Source: a virus (lineage: Duplodnaviria; Caudoviricetes). From it: DNA of 54,711 nucleotides. Under the pieces are notes generated by a model that worked only from the letters and a program-made list of their open reading frames with translations, was not told the DNA's origin and made no database searches. Within the stretch, counting starts at the first letter, position 1; the number at the start of each line of letters is the position of its first letter. A program made the translations under genes and the position numbers. The DNA is taken from positions 1 through 54,711 of IMG/VR virus record IMGVR_UViG_3300019742_000004; one strand, given 5' to 3'. Below are positions 7,492 to 17,210 of the stretch, one piece after another.

Positions 7492-7857
7492 ATGAAATTC
7501 AAAGTATCATTTAAAAAAGAAGTAGAAGGTAAAATAAAGGCTGTATGGGTATTAATAAGCTCCGATACTTACGGACATGCCGAAGAACAGTTTTTCAATT
7601 ACTGCGAAGAACACGAAATACCTATGTCGTTAGGTGAGTATAAAATAGTACCCACGAAAATAACAGATATTATAGTAAATAAAGAGTGTAGCAACTGGTA
7701 TTTAATCACCTACGTAGACACATGTGACGACAAAGAAGTATCATTTCAAGCGTTAATCGAAAGTGACAACGATATAAACGCCCGCAAGGAGATTGAAGAA
7801 ATAGTAAACGTTAAGAGTACGGTATCAACAAAATATATAGATGTAATATGTCAGTAA
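7492..7857 (+). CDS. hypothetical protein (DUF4494-like)
   Basis: Resembles Bacteroidota DUF4494 layout; weak. Confidence 0.45.
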   Translation: MKFKVSFKKEVEGKIKAVWVLISSDTYGHAEEQFFNYCEEHEIPMSLGEYKIVPTKITDIIVNKECSNWYLITYVDTCDDKEVSFQALIESDNDINARKEIEEIVNVKSTVSTKYIDVICQ

Positions 7858-8255
7858 ACAAAGTAATTTTAGTGGGTCGAGTTGGTAAAGATCCTGAAAT
7901 AAAGTATTTAGACGGAGGTACTGCGGTTGCAAACTTTCCTCTAGCAACAAGTGAAAGCTACAAAGATAAGAGCGGCGAAAAAAAAGAAGTAACTGAGTGG
8001 CATAATATATCTATTTGGAGAAGTCTAGCCGAAGTTGTAGAAAAGTATGTTAAAAAAGGTAGTCTTCTATATTTAGAAGGTAAAATTAAAACAGAAACAT
8101 ACGAAAAGAACGGCGAAAAAAGATATTCAACAAAAATAGTCTGCAATCAAATGCAAATGCTAGGAGGCAACCAGACCAAGGAGCAAAAGCCAGCGGATAG
8201 TTTTGATAACGAACCTACGCCGCCGCCAGACGACATAAATGAATTTCCATTCTAA
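7848..8255 (+). CDS. ssb: single-stranded DNA-binding protein
   Basis: VNKVILVGRVGKDPE, TEWH, acidic C-terminus ending FPF. Confidence 0.95.
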   Translation: MSVNKVILVGRVGKDPEIKYLDGGTAVANFPLATSESYKDKSGEKKEVTEWHNISIWRSLAEVVEKYVKKGSLLYLEGKIKTETYEKNGEKRYSTKIVCNQMQMLGGNQTKEQKPADSFDNEPTPPPDDINEFPF

Positions 8256-8324
8256 AACGGTAAAATAAATTATTTTAATTTCTTCCTTTTTAGTAATTTT
8301 GGAGGGAATTAATATTAATAGCCT

Positions 8325-8828
8325 ATGGATACATTAATTTGCACTTTATGTGCGATAGAAAAGCCATTTAATGAGTTCTACAAGAACAAAGGAATGCCTT
8401 CTGGTTACGCTAACCAATGTAAAGAATGCGTAAAAGCAAGGTCTAAAAAAAGAGAGGAGGTGTTAAGGCAAAATCCTGAATGGGTAGAGAAGGAAAAGGC
8501 TAGAGCAAGGGATAAATACAGAAGACTAGGATATAACCATAAGCAAAAAGAATGGGACAAAAAAAGGCCATGGACTAAAATATATGTTTACAAAAACATA
8601 AATAGAGACCTTAAAAGAAAAGGTTTGTTGAATGATTCCCAAACTGCTCACCACTGGAACTATAATCTCCTTAAAGATGTATTTATTTTAAATAAAAAAG
8701 TTCACAGAAAACTACATAGGTTTATCAGGATAGACGAAGAGACGTTATGTTTTAGGACAATAGAAGGTAATTTATTAGACACTAGAGATAAGCACCAAAA
8801 TTATATTAATATAATAGAAAAATTATAA
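8325..8828 (+). CDS. HNH endonuclease-like protein
   Basis: CTLC...CKEC zinc motif, AHHWNY, HRKLH. Confidence 0.7.
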   Translation: MDTLICTLCAIEKPFNEFYKNKGMPSGYANQCKECVKARSKKREEVLRQNPEWVEKEKARARDKYRRLGYNHKQKEWDKKRPWTKIYVYKNINRDLKRKGLLNDSQTAHHWNYNLLKDVFILNKKVHRKLHRFIRIDEETLCFRTIEGNLLDTRDKHQNYINIIEKL

Positions 8829-8883
8829 ACTTAATTTTTTAATTAACTTATAAACAAAAATAAAGCTAGGCGGGACTAGCGGA

Positions 8884-8917
8884 AAGCGGCGGGTTTATAA
8901 CTTTGCCGCTTTTTTTT
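8884..8917 (+). terminator. intrinsic terminator
   Basis: aagcggc...gccgctt stem followed by a T-tract. Confidence 0.65.
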
Positions 8918-8979
8918 GTTTAATGTTTTGTAATTTCATAAAAAGTATTAACTTTGTGAATATATCAATACACAAAAAT

Positions 8980-9684
8980 ATGAAGCATACATTAATGGAA
9001 AGGCCTTTAATGGGCAGTATGATAAGGCAAAGGGTAGATAATGAAATGCTATGCCTTACTGACTTATCAAGAATCTATGAAGCTGAAAGGGTTAAAAATG
9101 GATGGGTTGAAAAAAGATTAGACTGGTTTTTTAATAACGATTCTGAACAAGAGTATATTATAGAATTACTTGATTTACAGGGATGTTTCATAAACGTGAA
9201 AAAATTAACGTTTATGGATCAAGTTAAAAATCAAGGTCTTGTTAAATCTTTGAAATCAATAGGCCAATATAAGACAGGCGGTAGAGGTGAGAACAAAGCA
9301 GTATATTGTAATCCTTATATTTTTGTTGCTGTAGCTCAATGGTTGAATCCTAAATTTAGAGCGAAAGTTACAATGTGGGTAACCGATCAGCTTATTCTTA
9401 ATAGAATTGAAGCAGGAGCAAATTACAATACTCTTTGTGATTCTATAAAAGAAAAGATTCTTCCGCAAAGCAGTGATAATTCAAAGAAATTTATATTTTC
9501 TAACTTCGCTAAACTTATTAATAACCATGTATTCGGTAAGCATGACAGCGATTTAAGACACATAGCCAGTAAAGAACAGTTGACTAAACTAAGAGACACA
9601 GAAATAGAACTAACTACACTTATAAATGTAGGGTTTATTTCATCTTATCAAGAGGCTAAAGAATATTTAAAAAATAAGATATGA
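8980..9684 (+). CDS. KilA-N domain DNA-binding protein
   Basis: IRQRVD...LTDL, GRGENKAVYCNPYIFVAVAQWLNPKF; ATG 8980 follows a TAACTTTG box. Confidence 0.85.
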   Translation: MKHTLMERPLMGSMIRQRVDNEMLCLTDLSRIYEAERVKNGWVEKRLDWFFNNDSEQEYIIELLDLQGCFINVKKLTFMDQVKNQGLVKSLKSIGQYKTGGRGENKAVYCNPYIFVAVAQWLNPKFRAKVTMWVTDQLILNRIEAGANYNTLCDSIKEKILPQSSDNSKKFIFSNFAKLINNHVFGKHDSDLRHIASKEQLTKLRDTEIELTTLINVGFISSYQEAKEYLKNKI

Positions 9685-10070
9685 AAAAAATAATCATTAC
9701 TCATTTATGGGTTATAGGTTTTGGTTGGGAAAACACAATTTACTCAACAGAAGATTTCAATAATGTGATGGAACTAAATAAAATAGATAATAAATTTTAC
9801 GAGTTCGAAGCAACACAAGGAGGTAAATCCTATTTATTAAAAGGTTATTATGTTAAAGATGATGAAATAGTAGATACTCAGTATGAATATACTAAAGAGT
9901 TAAATAACGAAAGAATATGCGACCAATGTGGATCAGAAATGAAAGAATTAAAAAAACCGCGTAAAAAGTATGGCAAGCATAATACTATATACAAATGTAC
10001 TTATTGCGATCATACACATAGAAAGAGAACACAAAACGAAATACTAAGAGATAAAGGATTAAGAGAATGA
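9681..10070 (+). CDS. zinc-finger hypothetical protein
   Basis: CDQC...CTYC. Confidence 0.55.
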   Translation: MKKIIITHLWVIGFGWENTIYSTEDFNNVMELNKIDNKFYEFEATQGGKSYLLKGYYVKDDEIVDTQYEYTKELNNERICDQCGSEMKELKKPRKKYGKHNTIYKCTYCDHTHRKRTQNEILRDKGLRE

Positions 10071-10251
10071 ACAAACTAAAACAGCAATTCAAGTCACTAA
10101 CCGACAACGAGAAAAAGGTTATACGCAAATATTTAGACAAAGAAGTTTATAACGAGTTAAATAGTTAATTATGGAAGAAATTATACAACAAGCTCAGGCA
10201 GATAACAGTAAATTACTAGGTGTAAGATATAGTGATAAATTACCTTTTTAA

Positions 10252-10671
10252 ATGGCATTCTACGACTTAAAAGAAGACAGCAAGGTAGAACAAATAACTA
10301 ACTACCTTGCTAAACTTATATCAGATAAATCCACGGTAGAACTCAGGAGGGTAAAGCCTAAAAGAACTAATAGTCAAAATGCGTATTTACATGTACTTTT
10401 TACGCTATGGGGACTAGAACACGGCTATACTGTTGAAGAAGCAAAAACAAACGTAAAAAGACACTTTCACAATATATTTGTTTACGAGAAGAAAGGTCAT
10501 AAATACCTAGGCCGTACAAGGGATATGGACACAAAACAAATGACTGATTTTATAGACCAATTTCGTAATTGGTCAGCTTCAGAAGGGTATTATTTACCTA
10601 GTCCAGACGAATACAAAGGCAAGTACGCCTACTATCAGAATATAATTGAAATTAATAAGGAGTTTTTATAA
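10252..10671 (+). CDS. NinB-like recombination protein
   Basis: KRTNSQNAYLH...TRDMDTKQMTDFID...LPSP. Confidence 0.7.
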   Translation: MAFYDLKEDSKVEQITNYLAKLISDKSTVELRRVKPKRTNSQNAYLHVLFTLWGLEHGYTVEEAKTNVKRHFHNIFVYEKKGHKYLGRTRDMDTKQMTDFIDQFRNWSASEGYYLPSPDEYKGKYAYYQNIIEINKEFL

Positions 10672-11030
10672 TGAAATTTAAAACAGTTAGTGAGTTATTT
10701 AAACATATTAGCGAAACAAGGGAAATGAAGAGCCAGTTATCGGGAGATCCGTTATTAAATACTAATCATAGTTTACATCATTGGCAATATTTACATATCC
10801 TATCTAAAAATTCGCATACGTTATGGAAAACTGATGAAAGAAACGTAATTCTTGGTACAGTAGAAGAGCACAATAATCAAGAAAGTAACGAAACATTTAA
10901 GCTTATACAGGCAGCAGCAAAAAGGCGTTATATGATAGAAAACGAGGGTAAAAATTTCCCTTTAGACCAGCCTTTTGATTGGTTATTTATGGATAGTGAG
11001 GAAATCAAAACACTTAAAGCTTATGAGTAA
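10671..11030 (+). CDS. HNH/NinG-like nuclease-fold protein
   Basis: HILSK...DERNVILG...EH pattern. Confidence 0.45.
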   Translation: MKFKTVSELFKHISETREMKSQLSGDPLLNTNHSLHHWQYLHILSKNSHTLWKTDERNVILGTVEEHNNQESNETFKLIQAAAKRRYMIENEGKNFPLDQPFDWLFMDSEEIKTLKAYE

Positions 11031-11298
11031 AAGATTCGCTAAAGTAGACAGCAACCAGCCGCAAATAGTCAAGGAACTACGAGAAAAAGGATATACAGTT
11101 AAACATCTACACGAGCTTAAAAACTTCGTTGATATAACTGTAGGACACAAAGGAGTTAATTATCTATTCGAGATAAAACCCGATAAGTCAAAAAAACTAA
11201 CCCCCGGGGAACAAAAGTTTTTCGATGAATGGACAGGCCAAAGAGATGTGATATACTGCGCTCAAGACGCTATTGATATAATAGAAGGGAATAAATAA
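11023..11298 (+). CDS. VRR-NUC-like nuclease / Holliday junction resolvase
   Basis: AKVDSNQPQIV...D...FEIK...LTPGEQKFFDEW. Confidence 0.8.
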   Translation: MSKRFAKVDSNQPQIVKELREKGYTVKHLHELKNFVDITVGHKGVNYLFEIKPDKSKKLTPGEQKFFDEWTGQRDVIYCAQDAIDIIEGNK

Positions 11299-11351
11299 TT
11301 ACTTAGAACCATTATAAATAAGGACATAATGGTTTTATTTTTCTCTAAATA

Positions 11352-11383
11352 GTTGCAATGTACGCAACGGTTAACTATATTTG
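11352..11383 (+). promoter_or_regulatory. Bacteroidota-type promoter overlapped by GTTGC-N7-GCAAC palindrome
   Basis: gttgcaatgtacgcaac 11352-11368; TATATTTG 11376-11383. Confidence 0.6.
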
Positions 11384-11418
11384 TAATGTAATAATTCATA
11401 AACGAAAAATATAAAGAG

Positions 11419-11592
11419 ATGAGAGCAACAGTATCATATTCAGAAAGCGGAAAAATTCAAGTTTTTACAACTAAAGAATTAAAAGGAAGAGGAGTTAGAA
11501 ACATTGGTTTAAAATCTAACGGTGAAACTCGTTACTTACTAACACAAAAGGCTTACGATAAAATACAACACCTTTGCGAATGGATTGGATAA
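11419..11592 (+). CDS. small hypothetical protein (57 aa)
   Basis: Read manually, MRATVSYSESGK...LCEWIG*, directly behind the promoter. Confidence 0.6.
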   Translation: MRATVSYSESGKIQVFTTKELKGRGVRNIGLKSNGETRYLLTQKAYDKIQHLCEWIG

Positions 11593-11839
11593 AATTAAAA
11601 GAGAAGTTCCCGAATAGCTATAAGTAAATTCGGGAATTTTCTGAAAAAACAAATACAATAGGAAGAACGTGTCTTTATAGGTTTTTAAAATCAAAAGGTT
11701 ATCCTGATAGTTTTATTTTAACAAAATATCTGAAAGAGTACGAGAATGATAATACTAAATAAATACACGCCAGAAGCATACGGAAACCTTAAAACACTAT
11801 GCGATGCTTTAAAAGTAAGTTACTACACTTATAAAGCAT

Positions 11840-12226
11840 AACGTAGATGCGGTATGAGTAGGCCGCTTTGTAGACTGCTCAAAATTTAGTAATAGCCTTG
11901 ATAGCGGCTTACTTATGACCGCTTGTTAGGCACAGTACGATACTGAAAATGGAAAATTACATAGTGACACTAAAGAGAAGAACAACTCTAAAATGCTTTA
12001 GGAATAGGATTTTAAAAATGAGATTCGGGTTAAATAAAATCGAACATAGGAACTTTAGTAGACTTGATAACGGTTTGAAAAGAGGACACTTAAAATCCGT
12101 TGGTTCAAGAGAGCTATACAGGATATTGAATAGGTACATAAATATGAGTAACGAAGAGTTGTTTTGTAGCGATATATTTCTACTTGAGATAAAGTAGTAT
12201 TGTGTCTAACTAGTCGATAAAAACAC
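11840..12226 (+). mobile_element. single-cassette satellite array 2 with degenerate attI-like end
   Basis: AAC 11840; arms gcggtatgagtaggccgct / agcggcttacttatgaccgc; GTTaggcacagtac 11925 pairs with gtattgtgtctAAC ending 12210; then tagtcgataaaaacac. Confidence 0.8.
11949..12197 (+). CDS. hypothetical basic protein, cassette cargo
   Basis: ORF fits exactly between GTT 11925 and AAC 12208. Confidence 0.6.
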   Translation: MENYIVTLKRRTTLKCFRNRILKMRFGLNKIEHRNFSRLDNGLKRGHLKSVGSRELYRILNRYINMSNEELFCSDIFLLEIK

Positions 12227-12276
12227 CTTTACCACCAGCTAACCCTTTAACTTACAAGCAACAATACAGTATAAAT

Positions 12277-12456
12277 ATGAAACTAAAAGACAAGATAATT
12301 AAAAGCGGTCTTAGTAACTATTACATAGCACAGCACTCAGGTATAAACAAATCAACAGTAGGTCGTATAAGATCAGGTATAATAAGATACCCGAGAGATG
12401 AAACAGCCGAAGCTATAGAAAAGGCTATTAAGAATCATTCTAAACAGCAAAAATAA
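12277..12456 (+). CDS. XRE/Cro-like helix-turn-helix protein (59 aa)
   Basis: Read manually: GLSNYYIAQHSGINKSTVGRIRSG...PRDETAEAI. Confidence 0.75.
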   Translation: MKLKDKIIKSGLSNYYIAQHSGINKSTVGRIRSGIIRYPRDETAEAIEKAIKNHSKQQK

Positions 12457-12466
12457 ACGCAAATTA

Positions 12467-12498
12467 GTTGCAAGGCTCGCAACTAGGTATTATATTTA
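12467..12498 (+). promoter_or_regulatory. promoter with GTTGC-N7-GCAAC palindrome
   Basis: gttgcaaggctcgcaac 12467-12483 followed by tatattta. Confidence 0.55.
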
Positions 12499-12527
12499 CA
12501 GTATAGAAATTCAAAAAAAACAAAGAG

Positions 12528-12821
12528 ATGAGACTAAATACAAAAAACAAAAGCACAAGGTTCATGAATGGCAACATTGATGTCGATGGCGTTATTTTAG
12601 ATATTCTTATAGAAGAACATGGTCACGCCGCTGTATACTCATCTAATATTGATTTTAGTGAAGCAATTTACTCAAATGGGTTTATTGAAGCTATAGAGGA
12701 TGATAAAATACCTATGTTAAAATTATATCCAACTGATTCACATAGATTTTATAATGAATTAAGTGAATATCATCATATTATTGTGAATGACGAATGTTAT
12801 AATGTATATTTTAAAAACTAA
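12528..12821 (+). CDS. hypothetical protein
   Basis: ORF behind the promoter. Confidence 0.6.
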   Translation: MRLNTKNKSTRFMNGNIDVDGVILDILIEEHGHAAVYSSNIDFSEAIYSNGFIEAIEDDKIPMLKLYPTDSHRFYNELSEYHHIIVNDECYNVYFKN

Positions 12822-12831
12822 ACATAAGATT

Positions 12832-13167
12832 ATGAAAACTTCAACAAAAAATTACGAACATGAATTAAAATGGTTTAACAATCTAACATCTAAAAACAAC
12901 GAATCAGTATCACATGTTTATTATATACAAGATATCCAGACAATAGAGATGCTTAACAAGTATTTTGAAGATTCAGGAGGAGAGCAGAAGTCTGCTATAT
13001 GGGTAGATATAGACGGCCTTATAACTAAGGCTAGTATTGATTGCACTAAAGAAGGTTGTAATTGTTCAGGATCATGGAGTGAAGAGTACTGTGAGCATGA
13101 AGAGGAAGATTTTTATTTCAATTACGAAGATTTATTTAATATTCTTAGTTTACGATATAAACATTAG
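12832..13167 (+). CDS. hypothetical protein
   Basis: ORF; non-overlapping ATG 12832 chosen. Confidence 0.6.
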   Translation: MKTSTKNYEHELKWFNNLTSKNNESVSHVYYIQDIQTIEMLNKYFEDSGGEQKSAIWVDIDGLITKASIDCTKEGCNCSGSWSEEYCEHEEEDFYFNYEDLFNILSLRYKH

Positions 13168-13230
13168 TCACTCCAGCCCCGCTCTGAAACAAAAGCGGGG
13201 AATTGGTGGTAAAACTAAAAAACTTTTGAT

Positions 13231-13515
13231 ATGAAAGATTTATATTATTTCGAAAAAGAAAAAACTTTAATTTGGATAACTGGATACGGTAGTTTTAATA
13301 ATTTAAAAGATAGATTCGAACACTACAGTGAAAAAGCAGACATCCTCAGTAAATTAATAAACAGAGATACTAATGATGTATGCCATTTGTTTATAGAAAA
13401 TTCATCTAGATTCGAAAGAATGAATTGCTTTTATCTACAAGGTGTAACAGAAAAACCAGAAGAAGCAATGGAAATGTGTGAAGATTGGACTGTAAGTAGT
13501 TGGATAAGGAGGTAG
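13231..13515 (+). CDS. hypothetical protein
   Basis: ORF with GATATG start context. Confidence 0.6.
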   Translation: MKDLYYFEKEKTLIWITGYGSFNNLKDRFEHYSEKADILSKLINRDTNDVCHLFIENSSRFERMNCFYLQGVTEKPEEAMEMCEDWTVSSWIRR

Positions 13516-13518
13516 CTT

Positions 13519-13773
13519 ATGAAGCTTAAAATAATACAAGTATGTCAAAAGTTCCAGATTCAGGAACGAATACCCTGCACTAACGTATTCCTAAAAGCAA
13601 ATATCAGCGGTGTAATAAACTCATTTTCTAATATACCAGCCGCTTTAAGAATAATAAAGAAAAAGTACGGATACAAAGGAGAAGAACTAAAAATAATTAT
13701 TGATTATGGAGTTAATAAAGATAGGATTTTCGCAGGAGAGACTAATAAAACTATTCCACGCCAGAAAAGATAG
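13519..13773 (+). CDS. hypothetical protein
   Basis: ORF in tight operon. Confidence 0.5.
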   Translation: MKLKIIQVCQKFQIQERIPCTNVFLKANISGVINSFSNIPAALRIIKKKYGYKGEELKIIIDYGVNKDRIFAGETNKTIPRQKR

Positions 13774-13982
13774 TGAAATAAAACTAAACGTAACTAAAGC
13801 CGATATAATAAATGCAAAGTATGGTTTTAGCAAAATATCTAAAAACTGAAATTATGAAATATTCATTAACAGATTAGCTTTTATAAGCCAGAAACTTATA
13901 CAGTTATGTTATATAAAAGGAAAAGATCTTTCCGAAAGCGAATACAGAACACTAGAAGAGAACAACTATTTAATTTAATGTT

Positions 13983-14177
13983 ATGGAAAAAATAACTCTA
14001 AAAGAAGTAAACGCAATTAATGAGATTTTATACCAACAAGTAGAAGCTTTACAGAAATACGAAGGTGACGACATCACAACCTCATGTAACGCTATATTAA
14101 GCGCAATTCAGCGTAACATCAAGTATTTTACCGATCAAAATCTTAAGAAGGATGGGAATAAAACAAGTAATTCTTGA
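13983..14177 (+). CDS. hypothetical protein
   Basis: ORF in operon. Confidence 0.5.
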   Translation: MEKITLKEVNAINEILYQQVEALQKYEGDDITTSCNAILSAIQRNIKYFTDQNLKKDGNKTSNS

Positions 14178-14352
14178 TTACGTATCAAGTAAACAAAACA
14201 AAGAACACGGAGTAAGTAGAACTAGGATATTTAACTATTTTAATAATATTTACACCCGTGACGAAATATCACAATCAATAAGCGAGTTACAAACCGAAAA
14301 ATTAATGAGATATGAAAACCCAACAGGACAAATCTACACGACTGACATGTAG
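14152..14352 (+). CDS. small winged-helix-like protein
   Basis: ILDYV...GVSR...EISQSISEL...GQIYT pattern. Confidence 0.45.
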   Translation: MGIKQVILDYVSSKQNKEHGVSRTRIFNYFNNIYTRDEISQSISELQTEKLMRYENPTGQIYTTDM

Positions 14353-14531
14353 ATCATTAGCATTATTTAGATCAAAAAGAAAAGAGCTAGCGATGAAAGG
14401 CATAAAAGCGATATACGCTGGTGAATCAAAAGACGCACCAGAAGAGTTAAAACAAAAGGGCGACTTGAGGTGGTTGGTTGTTTGGTAACGACTATAAAAT
14501 AAAAACACCTTTTAATCTAAAAAAACAAGAT

Positions 14532-14708
14532 ATGAAAAATAAATTTCCAGAAAATAAAAAACTTAGCATAAAATACAGGTGCAAAGAAGACGGCGGTGTA
14601 TATTCTGCCGAACAAGCAAGTAATATGCCTAACAATCATTTCAGGTTAATAACTGAGAAAGGCAAAGAAATTGGTGAATTTGTAAAATGGAGTGATGAAA
14701 CTAACTAA
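14532..14708 (+). CDS. hypothetical protein
   Basis: AGATATG start; overlaps the MTase start. Confidence 0.5.
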   Translation: MKNKFPENKKLSIKYRCKEDGGVYSAEQASNMPNNHFRLITEKGKEIGEFVKWSDETN

Positions 14709-15483
14709 AAAACAAATAAAAGCACACGAAGAGGCTTGCAAGTTACTAGAGAAAGATAAATTAACTTTTGAAGATAAGATTTATGTTTTAGATAATTGGC
14801 AAGAAGGAGCTAATAACGTTAATAGTGTAGCGGGTGCTTTTTTTACACCTTGGAAATTAGCAAGAGATTTTAAATTAGCTGTATATTCAGATAAGAGAGT
14901 TATCGATCTATGCGCAGGAATAGGTGCTTTGTCTTTATTCATGGTAGAGCATGCCAAATGGGAGCAGAAAGTACCTGAAATAGTATGTTTAGAACTTAAC
15001 CACTCTTACATAGAAGTAGGTAAAAAAATAGTTCCTGAAGCAACTTGGATACATGGCAGCGTATTAGATCCTGAACTTATAAACTCATTAGGTCATTTTA
15101 CGCAAGCTATTTCTAATCCTCCTTTTGGAAGTATTAAAACAGGATCAGAATATAAGAAGTTTCTAAAATATAAAGGCTCGCAATTCGAGCTGAAAGTTAT
15201 AGAGATAGCTTCGCAGATCGCGGATTTTGGAAGTTTTATAATTCCCCAAATGAGTACACCTTATAAATATTCTGGAAATAACGGAATGTACGAAATGAAA
15301 GGAGATGAAATGCCACAAAAAGTTAAAACATTTATAGATCAAACTAAACTAGAGTATGATTTCAATTGCGGTATTGATACAGAGCAATATATAAACGAAT
15401 GGAAAGGCGTATCACCGATGTGTGAAATAGTTACTTTTGATTTCACACAAACTAAAAAAGCAATCCAACAAACATTATTCTAA
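14692..15483 (+). CDS. DNA adenine methyltransferase
   Basis: GAFFTP, VIDLCAGIGAL and NPPF motifs. Confidence 0.85.
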   Translation: MMKLTKKQIKAHEEACKLLEKDKLTFEDKIYVLDNWQEGANNVNSVAGAFFTPWKLARDFKLAVYSDKRVIDLCAGIGALSLFMVEHAKWEQKVPEIVCLELNHSYIEVGKKIVPEATWIHGSVLDPELINSLGHFTQAISNPPFGSIKTGSEYKKFLKYKGSQFELKVIEIASQIADFGSFIIPQMSTPYKYSGNNGMYEMKGDEMPQKVKTFIDQTKLEYDFNCGIDTEQYINEWKGVSPMCEIVTFDFTQTKKAIQQTLF

Positions 15484-15761
15484 TGGCAACAGATAAACAA
15501 CATTATAATTCAATTGTTAAGCGAGGTCTTATAAACGACAAGACAAGTAAACAAGACTTCAGAAAACAAATCATAGAAGAATTTCAAGAGCTAATAAAAG
15601 AACTCTACTACAACATAGATAATGATAAATTAAACGCAAAAGAGATACAAGAAAGCGTTGATTTAGTGCAAACTATAAAGAATATGTTTATCTATTTTGA
15701 CGTAGATTACAACACAGCTTTAGAAGTTAATATTAATCACCAACTAAGCCGTAAAGACTAA
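15483..15761 (+). CDS. MazG-like/all-alpha NTP pyrophosphatase-like protein
   Basis: EEFQEL...QESVDL acidic helices; weak. Confidence 0.4.
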   Translation: MATDKQHYNSIVKRGLINDKTSKQDFRKQIIEEFQELIKELYYNIDNDKLNAKEIQESVDLVQTIKNMFIYFDVDYNTALEVNINHQLSRKD

Positions 15762-15884
15762 TTTATATTTGTTCTAAACAACTAAATCACGATATTCGTA
15801 ATGAATTAGAAACCCAGATGTGAAATATAATTTTAACATTATAGATTCAGTTTAAGACTTCTGGGTTTCTTTAAAAACTAAGAT

Positions 15885-16283
15885 ATGGAAAAGCCAACAG
15901 TTGAATACAGAATAAAGATAAAAGATAAATTTATAGATCTTAGAGAGTTTCAAAGCGTAGAAGGAGTAACAACAGAATTCAACGTACATGGGATTTATGA
16001 CCCAATTCATTCACTAAGTTTTAGATACATAAAAGATATACCTGCAAATAATCCTTATTCTCACGTAGAGGAATTAAATACTGCAAAACCTAGGTATCAT
16101 GTAATAGATTTTACATGGAGTGATTTAAAATTAAAAGGCAAAAATAAAAGAGCTGGCTTAAGCATGATGACAGAGATAATGTCAAAAGCAATTAGTCATT
16201 TAGCCGATGATTTACAAGAAAGAATTGATATTATTAATTCATATGAGGAAATAGATATTAATAATTACACAATGATAGAATAA
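15885..16283 (+). CDS. hypothetical protein
   Basis: ORF, AGATATG start. Confidence 0.6.
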   Translation: MEKPTVEYRIKIKDKFIDLREFQSVEGVTTEFNVHGIYDPIHSLSFRYIKDIPANNPYSHVEELNTAKPRYHVIDFTWSDLKLKGKNKRAGLSMMTEIMSKAISHLADDLQERIDIINSYEEIDINNYTMIE

Positions 16284-16471
16284 TGGCTAAAGAAATATTG
16301 TATAAAGACGAATATTGTGAGGTTATATTTAAATATAATACAAGAAAGGTCATAATAGGCAAAAATATACTATCTTACTTTAAGTCAAAACATAGATCTT
16401 TTTACGCTAAAACAAGAGAAGAAGCTATTTCAATAGCTGAGAAATTCCTGAATAAAAAAATAAACACATGA
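16283..16471 (+). CDS. hypothetical protein
   Basis: Coupled ORF. Confidence 0.5.
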   Translation: MAKEILYKDEYCEVIFKYNTRKVIIGKNILSYFKSKHRSFYAKTREEAISIAEKFLNKKINT

Positions 16472-16650
16472 TAACTAAACATCTAATCCAATTACGCTAC
16501 AACGCAGGGTATACACAGAAAGAAGCGGCTGAACTGGCAGGTATTAGAACAGAAACTTTAGCATGCTGGGAAGTTGAAAGATACTCCCCATCTGTCAGAA
16601 AATTAAACGAGTATTTGAAAATATATAACAAACAACTTATTATAAAGTGA
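16468..16650 (+). CDS. XRE-family helix-turn-helix regulator
   Basis: LRYNAGYTQKEAAELAGIRTETLACWE...PS. Confidence 0.85.
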   Translation: MITKHLIQLRYNAGYTQKEAAELAGIRTETLACWEVERYSPSVRKLNEYLKIYNKQLIIK

Positions 16651-16844
16651 AATTAACAGGAAAAATACACGCAGGAAGCAACGAACTAAAGCAACTACAA
16701 ATGTCTTCTGAGTTAGAAGTAATAGATGTTAGAAATGTAATATTCGCTTGCTCGGATGCTTTAACTGTACTAAAAACTAAACCTAGGACACGTGTCATAC
16801 TAGGTAAATCAGTTAGAAAATTAATTGAAATATCATATAAATAA
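16647..16844 (+). CDS. hypothetical protein
   Basis: GTGA-coupled ORF. Confidence 0.45.
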   Translation: MKLTGKIHAGSNELKQLQMSSELEVIDVRNVIFACSDALTVLKTKPRTRVILGKSVRKLIEISYK

Positions 16845-16869
16845 CTTGGTATTTTTTAGTAATCAGCGC

Positions 16870-16902
16870 AAAAGAGAGGTGTAGGGGTATACCTCTCTTT
16901 TT
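16870..16902 (+). terminator. hairpin/terminator
   Basis: aaaagagaggt...acctctctttt. Confidence 0.55.
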
Positions 16903-16916
16903 AAAAAATTAGAGAT

Positions 16917-17204
16917 ATGAAAATAAAAGAAAAGGTACGTCACATTATAAGTGAAGTATGTACACACTGGATATGCGTAGATGATAACGAGTTAGAAAAA
17001 GTTTCTGCCTACTTAGCTGTAGGTATACAGAAATTAATAGACGAGGATGGTAATAAAAAAACTAACTGGTTAATAAAGCATCGTAAATCAGGAATTGTGA
17101 GAGAGTTTAATGATATAGTACTAGATGAATTAATTGATAATATAATGAAATTGCCGGATAGTGATTTAGCTAGTTATATGGTATGTGAACAAGTTTTAGA
17201 ATAA
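16917..17204 (+). CDS. hypothetical protein
   Basis: ORF, AGATATG start. Confidence 0.6.
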   Translation: MKIKEKVRHIISEVCTHWICVDDNELEKVSAYLAVGIQKLIDEDGNKKTNWLIKHRKSGIVREFNDIVLDELIDNIMKLPDSDLASYMVCEQVLE

Positions 17205-17210
17205 AAAGAT

